From: Methylorubrum extorquens
GTDB taxonomy: Bacteria > Pseudomonadota > Alphaproteobacteria > Rhizobiales > Beijerinckiaceae
DNA: 32,000 bases
Direction: 5' to 3'
Assembly (NCBI GenBank): GCA_900234795.1
Contig: LT962688.1
Coordinates: 1,500,001-1,532,000 of the forward strand
Below the pieces are notes generated by a model. It was not told where the DNA came from. It saw nothing but the letters and a program-made list of their open reading frames with translations, and searched no databases. The translations under genes were made by a program, and so were the position numbers. This document shows, one piece after another, positions 8,929 to 15,988 of this stretch (its first letter is position 1; each line of letters opens with the position of its first letter).

Positions 8929-9570
8929 TCAGACCTCTGCCGGCGGATGCGGGATAGTGATGGACTGAAAGGTGCCGATTATCGGATCCGCGGCGATTTT
9001 CATCGATGGCCTCGCACGGAAATCATGGAACCACGCTGCGAGCAAGCATCTTTGTGCATTCCACTCAAGTTCGGGCGAGCGTCCGTCGAGATAATCGAGG
9101 GCGCAGGCAATCGCGAGATGCCCCAGATCGGTGGGGGCTTGCATCCAATCCGGCGCTGCCTCCAGCTGGTCCAGGATTGCAGTGATAGCGGCTTCCTGTC
9201 GCGCCACCACGCGGTCGAGGCGGACATCGGGCGGGCCGAGCCGATCGACAAACCTGCGAATCACCGCCTCTGCCAGGCCGTCCCCTAGCGCCTCGCGCCG
9301 GAGTGCGTCCCAGGTCCGGGGGGCGGGCGGGATCAGCGTGTGCCCGGACAGCCCGTCGAGGTAGCGCGCGATGACGGGTGAGTCGAACAGGGCCGAGCCG
9401 TCGTCCAAGAGTAGTGTCGGAACCTTACAGGACGGATTGTGCTGGCGGAGCGTCTCGTCGGTCCAGGGGTCGGTCCGAACGAGTCTGACACGCGTGGCGA
9501 GATCTAGTTCGACGATCATCGCCAAGATCTTGCGCGAGAAAGGAGAACGCGGCGCGTAGAACAACTGCAT
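8929..9570 (-). CDS. glutathione S-transferase family protein
   Basis: I place the start at ATG 9570 (MQLFYAPRSPFSRKILAMIVEL...), giving 213 aa. The thioredoxin-like N-domain shows NPSCKVPTLLLDDGSALFDSPVIARYL. Its stop lies only 4 nt before the TTG start of the reductase gene. The upstream track extension to 9690 has no homology signal. Confidence 0.8.
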   Translation of the reverse strand: MQLFYAPRSPFSRKILAMIVELDLATRVRLVRTDPWTDETLRQHNPSCKVPTLLLDDGSALFDSPVIARYLDGLSGHTLIPPAPRTWDALRREALGDGLAEAVIRRFVDRLGPPDVRLDRVVARQEAAITAILDQLEAAPDWMQAPTDLGHLAIACALDYLDGRSPELEWNAQRCLLAAWFHDFRARPSMKIAADPIIGTFQSITIPHPPAEV

Positions 9571-10173
9571 AAGCTCGCCCCGCCTCGCTTCGCCGGTCCT
9601 GTTCTCTGTCCGGTTGCTTGCAATCGTTTCCGCAGCAGAGAAACTCTCGGCGGCGCACTCTGTTGTCATCCGGCACGGCCTGCCGGACATAAGGGCATCA
9701 ATTCAGCGCCCCAAAGCACGGATGCCGAGCATCGCACTCGCGTGCGAAAGGCCATGGAGCTGTCTTTTATCGCCGCCAAACGCGAAAGCAATACGAACGC
9801 CGTCAATCAATACGCTGCAACTTATCCAACTTGAGGTATGTAATAGACCATAAATTTCCTTGAGGTTGTGAAAGTGGAGCGTTGTCGTCATCGCGAGTTG
9901 ATAGGGTGGTGTCTCGATCGTGTCGCTTCCCGGCCGGTTCAACCCGATAAAGCTGGAATCCAGGAAGTAGCACGCCGGATCAAAACTTGGCGCTCGCTTG
10001 TCCGGGCGTGGGAACTAGGCTAATGGCCCGGACCGGCCGGCCAGGTCTCGGGTTCCAAGCCTCGCGGTCAGATCCTCGCGCGGGCGACCCGAGGCGTGTC
10101 CGGGGCCGGCGATGGTCGGGCAGTTGGCGTCGAAGGACGAGCCGCCGCACCCGCGAACGAGGGGAATGATCGG
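9571..10173. promoter_or_regulatory. divergent intergenic/promoter region between the GST-led operon (minus) and the SDR-nucleotidyltransferase pair (plus)
   Basis: About 600 bp with no convincing ORF. It contains a visibly AT-richer core (around 9780-9900, for example caatcaatacgctgcaacttatccaacttgaggtatgtaatagaccataaatttcc). No consensus -35/-10 pair could be assigned by eye. Confidence 0.35.
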
Positions 10174-11169
10174 TTGACCCTTTCCGGAAAACGCGTGCTC
10201 GTCACGGGCGCAGGCGGCTTCATCGGGAGCCATCTCACCGAGGAAGCCGTGCGGCAAGGCGCCAAGGTGACGGCGCTGCTACACTACAACGCCATGCGGG
10301 ACCGCGGAAATCTGTCCGGCGTCTCCCCCGAGATCGATCGCGAGATCGAGTATGTCTTTGGCGATATCATCGATCCGGAATACGTCCAGGCGATCACGAA
10401 GGACATCGACATCGTCTTCCATCTCGCCGCGCTGATCGCCATCCCGTACTCGTATCTGGCACCGCGCAACTACGTGAAGGTCAATGTCGAGGGCACGCTC
10501 AACGTGCTCGAAGCGGCGCGCCGACACGGGGTGCAGCGCGTCGTCCATACCAGCACGTCGGAAGTCTACGGGTCGGCGCAATACGTCCCGATCGACGAGG
10601 CGCATCCCCTGCAGGGACAATCGCCCTATTCGGCCTCGAAAATCGGCGCCGACAAAATCGCCGAGTCCTACTACCGGTCCTTCGACGTTCCGGTGGTCAC
10701 CGTGCGGCCGTTCAACACCTACGGTCCGCGCCAGTCGGCCCGTGCTTTCATCCCGACTGTCATCATGCAGGCGCTGGAGCCCGAGCGGACCGTAATCAAG
10801 CTCGGCTCGACCACGCCGGTGCGGGATCTGACCTTCGCCACCGACACCGCCAACGGGTTCCTGACCGCGGCGGTGACCCCGGGGCTCGAGGGCGGCACCT
10901 TCAATCTGGGGGTTGGCTCCGGCCAGACGGTCGGTGAGGTAACAGCCATGATCCTTGAGCTCGTCGGCTCGAAGGCCGTGATCGAGACGGACGAGCAGCG
11001 TATCCGCCCGAGCAAGAGCGAAGTGGAGCGGCTGATCTCCGACAACCGCTTGTTCCAGGCGCAGTCAGGCTGGACGCCGAAGGTCGGCCTGCGTGAGGGG
11101 CTGGAGCGGACGATCGAGCACTTCCGGTCCCAGCGCGACCGGCGGGATGTCGATCGCTACGTCGTTTGA
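10096..11169 (+). CDS. extended-SDR NDP-sugar 4,6-dehydratase/epimerase family protein
   Basis: Motifs: VLVTGAGGFIGSHL, HLAALIAIPYS, HTSTSEVYG, YSASKIGADK (YxxxK), VRPFNTYGPRQ. An alternative and probably better start is TTG 10174, preceded by GAGGGG (331 aa). Confidence 0.85.
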   Translation: MSGAGDGRAVGVEGRAAAPANEGNDRLTLSGKRVLVTGAGGFIGSHLTEEAVRQGAKVTALLHYNAMRDRGNLSGVSPEIDREIEYVFGDIIDPEYVQAITKDIDIVFHLAALIAIPYSYLAPRNYVKVNVEGTLNVLEAARRHGVQRVVHTSTSEVYGSAQYVPIDEAHPLQGQSPYSASKIGADKIAESYYRSFDVPVVTVRPFNTYGPRQSARAFIPTVIMQALEPERTVIKLGSTTPVRDLTFATDTANGFLTAAVTPGLEGGTFNLGVGSGQTVGEVTAMILELVGSKAVIETDEQRIRPSKSEVERLISDNRLFQAQSGWTPKVGLREGLERTIEHFRSQRDRRDVDRYVV

Positions 11170-11179
11170 GAGTAGAGCA

Positions 11180-11896
11180 ATGAAGGCCATCATTCTCGCC
11201 GGCGGCAAGGGCACGCGCCTGATGCCCTATACGGCTGTCATGCCCAAGCCGTTGATGCCGATCGGCGAGATGCCGATCCTCGAACTCCTGCTGCGCCAAC
11301 TGCGCCAGCACGGGGTGACGGACGTCATCCTGGCCGTGAACCATCTCCATCATCTCATCCGGAGTTTCTTCACGGACGGATCGAATCTCGGCCTCAACAT
11401 CACCTACAGGGTGGAGGACAAGCCGCTGGGCACCAGCGGCCCGATCGCCGCCAACCTCGATCAACTGCCCGACCACTTCATCGTCACGAACGGCGACCTT
11501 CTGACGACGCTGAACTTCTCGGCGATGGTGCGCGAGCATCTCGATCGTGGGGCTGCCGCCACGATCGCGACCCACCGCCGGACGCTGCAAGCCGATTTCG
11601 GGGCGCTGACGGTTGGACCTGACTTGAGCGTATCTGAGTACCGCGAGAAGCCGGCGATGCATTTCGAGGCCTCAATGGGCCTCTATGTCCTCTCGAAGAA
11701 GGCCGTCGCGCCGCTCATTCCGGCCGACACCTTCTTCGACATGCCAGACCTTGTGCGCGCGCTTCTCGCGTCGTCACAGAAAGTCGTGAGCTACGTCGAG
11801 GATTGCGACTGGATTGATATTGGTCGTCCCGACGACTATGCCCGCGCCCAGGAGCAGTTCGTGGCCCGACCCGAGCATTTCCTTCCGGCTGCCTGA
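11180..11896 (+). CDS. sugar-1-phosphate nucleotidyltransferase
   Basis: ATG 11180 gives MKAIILAGGKGTRLMPYTAVMPKPLMPIGEMPILE, the G-x-G-T-R-L pyrophosphorylase signature. Length 238 aa. It starts 10 nt after the SDR stop. The track start 11093 overlaps the previous gene. Confidence 0.9.
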   Translation: MKAIILAGGKGTRLMPYTAVMPKPLMPIGEMPILELLLRQLRQHGVTDVILAVNHLHHLIRSFFTDGSNLGLNITYRVEDKPLGTSGPIAANLDQLPDHFIVTNGDLLTTLNFSAMVREHLDRGAAATIATHRRTLQADFGALTVGPDLSVSEYREKPAMHFEASMGLYVLSKKAVAPLIPADTFFDMPDLVRALLASSQKVVSYVEDCDWIDIGRPDDYARAQEQFVARPEHFLPAA

Positions 11897-11904
11897 CTTG
11901 ACCC

Positions 11905-12349
11905 TGACCTGCTAAATTGGTCCGCGCTGAGCGTAAATTGTTCGGGCATCCTGAACCCTGAAGGAGGGTGGATGCCTCGCATACGCTTTACTGAACGAGC
12001 AGTTTGCCTTTGCTCTGTGGCAGGCAGAGAGCGGTACCTCGGTGGACGGGGTCTGCCGGAAGATGGGCGTGTCCGAACCGACGTTTCATCGCTGGAAGAA
12101 GCAGTTCGTCGGCATGGGCGCCCGGAGATCCGGCGGCTCAAGCAGCTGGAGGATGAGAATAGCAAGCTGAAGCGGCTGGTCGCCGACCTGACGTTGGACC
12201 GCTCCATGCGGCAGGACGTTGCTCAAGCGAAAGTAGTGAGGCTCGCCGCTCACCTGTAGGTGGCTTACGACGACAGCGAGCGTCGGGCCTGTCAGGCCAC
12301 CGGCTTCGGCCGTTCGTCCCGGCGCTACCGCAGGCGCTCGCATCCGCAA
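11905..12349 (+). mobile_element. decayed, 3'-truncated IS3-family element (left end, broken orfA, first ~25 codons of orfB)
   Basis: The terminus TGACCTGCTAAATTGG starts at 11905. RBS GAAGGAGGG is followed by ATG 11972 (MPRIRFTE). The orfA HTH continues in another frame (EQFAFALWQAESGTSVDGVCRKMGVSEPTFHRWKKQFVGMG). The leucine-zipper part lies in a third reading (EIRRLKQLEDENSKLKRLVADLTLDRSM). The orfB beginning, ERRACQATGFGRSSRRYRRR, ends abruptly at the stop of the next gene. Confidence 0.8.
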
Positions 12350-13264
12350 TCAGACGTGCATCCCGGCAGAGTTGAGTGCCTTTCGCATTAGGCTTGGAAA
12401 ATCCGTGGGCGGCACCGACAGCCCGAACGCGCGTAGGCGCTCGCCGCTGCCGTAGACGCAATCGGTGCTGCTGATGCCATGAATGCTGCGGTCGGTTTCG
12501 ACGGTGATGGACTTGCCTGAAACCGCGATCAGCATACGGACTACGTCCGAAAGCTGCGTTGGCTCGCCGGTGCAGACATTAACGATCTGCCCGCGCGCCT
12601 CTGCAGTCCGACTCAGCACCTCGAGGACACGGGCGGCCTCCTCGACATCAACGAAATCTCGCCTTGCGTGGAGCGAGCCGGTCACAAGGATCCCGCCCTC
12701 TGGGCCCATCCGCACGATTTGAGCGATAAAACGCCCCAGGGCGAGATGCTCGGGCATGCCGGGGCCGATAACGTTGAACAGTCGCGGCATGACAACTGGA
12801 AGGCCTCTGCCCGCAGCTTCAAGGCCGAGGAGCGTCTGGCGCAGCTTCGTTTGTCCGTAGGCGGTTTGAGGGCGCGCCTCTGCACTCTCCCGGACCGGAA
12901 GCTGGTCTGGACCCAGGGCACCGTACTCAGCAGCGGTCCCGCACAGAATTGTAACGGGTGCAGATTCGAGTGCGGTAACAGCTTCGAAAAGATGCTCCGC
13001 ATAAACGACGTTGATCCGGTGAAGCGCCTCAGGGCTGCCGACCGCCGATCCGGCGAGATGATAGATGACGTCGGGTCGAGTTTCAGCCACGATTCGGCGG
13101 ATGGTGGCGCCATCGTCGCAGTCGCTCAGCGGGAGATGATGGTCTTCCCATCCGGCTGCAGGCCGACGTCCCATCGTCGTCAACCGGTAACCGCAAAGCT
13201 CCAAATGCTGGAGCAAGACCTGGCCCAGAAAACCCGAACTTCCGGTCACTAGGGCTTGTTTCAT
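12350..13264 (-). CDS. extended-SDR NDP-4-keto-6-deoxy-sugar reductase, Rmd-like
   Basis: 304-aa ORF. Motifs: MKQALVTGSSGFLGQ, VIYHLAG, YGQTKLRQT (YxxxK), RLFNVIGPGM, ARRDFVDVEEA, VNVCTGE. These are collinear with GDP-6-deoxy-lyxo-4-hexulose reductase (Rmd)-type enzymes as I remember them. Confidence 0.75.
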   Translation of the reverse strand: MKQALVTGSSGFLGQVLLQHLELCGYRLTTMGRRPAAGWEDHHLPLSDCDDGATIRRIVAETRPDVIYHLAGSAVGSPEALHRINVVYAEHLFEAVTALESAPVTILCGTAAEYGALGPDQLPVRESAEARPQTAYGQTKLRQTLLGLEAAGRGLPVVMPRLFNVIGPGMPEHLALGRFIAQIVRMGPEGGILVTGSLHARRDFVDVEEAARVLEVLSRTAEARGQIVNVCTGEPTQLSDVVRMLIAVSGKSITVETDRSIHGISSTDCVYGSGERLRAFGLSVPPTDFPSLMRKALNSAGMHV

Positions 13265-13353
13265 TGTCCTGCCGAACCTGTCATGCCGAACCCATCAAAT
13301 CGGCCAAGCGATAGGATGGGCGGGATCGAGTTGAGGCTTGTCGTAGTACCCAC

Positions 13354-14001
13354 TCAACGGGACGAAACAAGCAGATAGACCATAATAGACGCTGAGCATA
13401 GCAGGGATAAGGCTGCTGCCGCGAAGGTGGCGATTAGAAGTGCAGGCGTCTTTTGCGGTGATAGCCTCGACAAGGCGCTCAATTGCGGTTCAAGCCAAGC
13501 GAAGCCAGCTTGTGTCTCGGATTTCAGCGTATCGATCCGCTCGCCGATGTTTGCAAACGATCTCGGCAATTCCGACCAGGAGCCTGCGTCATCTCTGGAA
13601 TCGGCTGCCGGAACGGGGGAAGAAGGAGAAGCTGTCGGAGGGGCCGGGGAAGTTACTTCAAGTAGGTCGAGGACGAATGGATCGCCATTGTCGATCGTAT
13701 CGCCCGTGTCGAGAAAGTGGACCGATACTGAAACGCTACCGATTGGACCGAGTTGGCTCACATCAAAGCTGAAGATTCGCGCATTGCTGTAACCCAGCCT
13801 GCGGAAATCCTCGTCGGCCATATAGTGAGAAATCACCGGACCGGGCTGGCCGTCGATCTTGAGGAACACGGCCGGCGGATGGGAGCCGCTCCGGCTCGCC
13901 GTCGTTCCCTGGAGGTATCGCGGGCCCCTTGCTGCCAAATAGCCCCACGTGCCATCAGCTCGCCAGAGCGGATGCTGCCGCTCGCCGGTTTTCTCGGACA
14001 T
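13354..14001 (-). CDS. hypothetical protein, C-terminal single transmembrane anchor
   Basis: 215-aa ORF in the lower-GC block. It has an N-terminal globular part, a Pro/Ser-rich linker (TSPAPPTASPSSPVPAA) and a terminal hydrophobic stretch (PALLIATFAAAALSLLCSASIMVYLLV). It starts 20 nt downstream of the coiled-coil ORF. No family was recognised. Confidence 0.55.
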   Translation of the reverse strand: MSEKTGERQHPLWRADGTWGYLAARGPRYLQGTTASRSGSHPPAVFLKIDGQPGPVISHYMADEDFRRLGYSNARIFSFDVSQLGPIGSVSVSVHFLDTGDTIDNGDPFVLDLLEVTSPAPPTASPSSPVPAADSRDDAGSWSELPRSFANIGERIDTLKSETQAGFAWLEPQLSALSRLSPQKTPALLIATFAAAALSLLCSASIMVYLLVSSR

Positions 14002-14021
14002 TCCGTTGTTACTCCCCCGTG

Positions 14022-14309
14022 TTACTGGGTCGGACGCGCATTCGACTTCGTCGTCTCCAGCTCCGTGAGGCGATCCCGCATCCGTGCCAGAATGTCGATG
14101 GTGCGCTGGTGATCGCTGCGCAGGACATAGATCTCGAGCTTTCTGTCGGAGGCGGTCGCCTCAGCAGACGCCTTCTCAGCTTCGAGGCGGCGATTTTCCT
14201 CGGATAGGCGCTCCACCGCCGCCGCCAGCTCGCCCACTCGCATGCGGAGGCGGTCGCGTTCCTCAGCGAGGGCGCTCAACTGTTCCGCGCTTAGTCTTGC
14301 CGTTGACAT
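14022..14309 (-). CDS. hypothetical small coiled-coil protein
   Basis: 95-aa ORF, rich in heptad-like Leu/Glu/Arg (LSALAEERDRLRMRVGELAAAVERLSEENRRLEAEKASAEA...MRDRLTELE). It is same-strand and closely spaced with 13354..14001. No family was recognised. Confidence 0.5.
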   Translation of the reverse strand: MSTARLSAEQLSALAEERDRLRMRVGELAAAVERLSEENRRLEAEKASAEATASDRKLEIYVLRSDHQRTIDILARMRDRLTELETTKSNARPTQ

Positions 14310-14696
14310 GAACCGTCACTCTTCCTTGGGTTCGCCCTTGGTTGGTGCGAATTTCCAGCCGTCGGCGACGGGAAGCCGGAGGCCCTCCCCTGGTTTAATC
14401 GATTCCGACGAAGTCCCGGCCCGATGAGCGCCGCGGAGGCTCACAGCCGGGGCAAGTCTGATTCGCTGTGAGCGGATCGCGACGTGGTTCGATCGATCAG
14501 CGCGGCTATAGGACATTGTCCTGCAGTGTGCATGCGGATTCGTCAGCCTGTTTGATGACACTCGAGGAATTTTCTCGCAACCCGCGAGGGGGCGGAGCCG
14601 GTCAGCCCCGCTTCCGATATCCAACGCGCAGCACGGCGCCGGCCTGCCGATACGCGCTGCTGCGGTGGAGGTTGCGGACGTGGTCGCGAGAGGCGT

Positions 14697-15284
14697 TCAA
14701 CCGATCTGCTCAGGCGCCGAATCTATGTGCCATAGCCCCCCCTCCCGCCGCATGGCGCGCTGGGTTCCGACGAGTTGCGCCGCCGCAACCAAATCCTCGT
14801 ACTGTATCTCGCACTTCCGATAGGGCCACTGATCGAAGTTATCATTCATTTCGTGGAAAAGCTGATCGAGGCTGCGACCGTACATGCCCGGAGCTCCTTC
14901 GAAGAGTTCGCCGCGATCCTGGTAGCTCTTGGCGACCTGACTTCGGTCACGCGTAATTTTGAGGAGAACAGGCTGCTGGGGGAGGCTGGCGACCGTCTGT
15001 GTCCAGAGCGGTAGCGTGAATGTCAAACGAGGATCCTTCAAGGCAAAGGGCGAGCGCAGTTGCGTGAGGTAATGCTGGGCACGATCGTAGATGTCAGACT
15101 CGAACGTGCCGCTTCGATAGAGGTCGTTCAATTCGCGCATTCCGACGCTCTCGCAGAACACTTCGTCTGCGTCATTTCTTTCCCATCCCAGCTGGAACAT
15201 AACGTTGGCAAGTATTGATGTTCCGCTGTGTCCGACACCGATGATTATGACATCTGGTTTTTGTGCGATGCTTGCTTCCAGCAT
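14697..15284 (-). CDS. sulfotransferase-like P-loop protein (PAPS-dependent family suspected)
   Basis: 195-aa ORF. GVGHSGTS at residues 16-23 resembles the 5'-phosphosulfate-binding loop. KDPRLTFTLPLW and LLKITRDRSQVAKS (107-120) resemble the RDPxDxxxS 3'-phosphate-binding element. A small nucleotide-kinase fold cannot be excluded by eye. Confidence 0.6.
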   Translation of the reverse strand: MLEASIAQKPDVIIIGVGHSGTSILANVMFQLGWERNDADEVFCESVGMRELNDLYRSGTFESDIYDRAQHYLTQLRSPFALKDPRLTFTLPLWTQTVASLPQQPVLLKITRDRSQVAKSYQDRGELFEGAPGMYGRSLDQLFHEMNDNFDQWPYRKCEIQYEDLVAAAQLVGTQRAMRREGGLWHIDSAPEQIG

Positions 15285-15526
15285 TTATCTCTCCAGCCAC
15301 GGTGTTCGCGGAAGATCTTGTTTGTAGTGTTGACCTTCCTTCTACGAGTTGGCACAAGAGCACGCGTTCGGGGTTCGAGAAACGCGAAAGCGATGTGGCC
15401 TCGTCACCATGTCGCTTCAAAGCGACCGGAAATCGTGTGCCAGCCGAACGCTCCACTGGTCAAGGCGATCGTATCAGTCACGAGCCAGTTCCGTCCGCGG
15501 TCGTTGCTGCACCGCAATAAAATGGG

Positions 15527-15988
15527 ATGCTGATGGTCAAGGCGCCGAGAGTGCTGGTCGATGCGCGCGAAACCGACCTCTTGAGAGGCTTCCATGCCCT
15601 CGCTGTCACAGAGTGCCTGCTACGTGCCGGCATGAAGGCAGATTGGCACTTCCTGACAGAAGGGGATCCGGACGAACAGCTAGCGATCGCCTCGCTGCGC
15701 TTCGATTGGTCGATCGCTGTCTCCTCCTGGGATGGGCGCACGGCGACCGAAGACTTCGATCTGTACGTCATCGTCGGAGATGCCTTCCCGGCCGATCCGA
15801 CCACCGAGGCCGCATTGCAGGCCGCTCGCCTCACCCTGGCAGGCCTGACCTCGGCCTCGGAGCTGCCCGTGCGGCCTGCCGTCCTGTGCATGTTGGGGCA
15901 CGACACCGCCGCTTTGGCCGGCATGGCAGCGACCCTACTTCGGGCGGAACACATAACGTCGGGCTCCTCTCTCGGATGGAGACGGTAA
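15527..15988 (+). CDS. hypothetical protein, partner of the downstream glycosyltransferase
   Basis: 153-aa ORF. Its TAA stop overlaps the ATG of the next gene (TAATG at 15986-15990). It shows weak collinear similarity to the 144-aa product of 28351..28785, which holds the same position upstream of the paralogous GT. Confidence 0.55.
   Translation: MLMVKAPRVLVDARETDLLRGFHALAVTECLLRAGMKADWHFLTEGDPDEQLAIASLRFDWSIAVSSWDGRTATEDFDLYVIVGDAFPADPTTEAALQAARLTLAGLTSASELPVRPAVLCMLGHDTAALAGMAATLLRAEHITSGSSLGWRR

Noticed and set aside
11972-12259. 95-aa ORF annotatable as an IS3 orfA transposase
   Set aside because: Its N-terminal half is out of frame relative to the HTH, which reads correctly in another frame. 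The element is frameshifted at least twice and lacks orfB, so it is a remnant.
14316-14624. 102-aa minus-strand ORF in the gap between the sulfotransferase-like gene and the coiled-coil gene; it ends 6 nt before the latter
   Set aside because: It is Arg/Ser-rich with no motif, and I cannot distinguish it from chance. The tight spacing keeps it as a weak maybe, worth a Ribo-seq look but not reportable as a gene.
15349-15987. 213-aa N-terminal extension of the GT4-like ORF
   Set aside because: It is Arg/Cys/Ser-rich low-complexity sequence and overlaps the better-supported 153-aa ORF. The TAATG coupling at 15986-15990 marks the real start.
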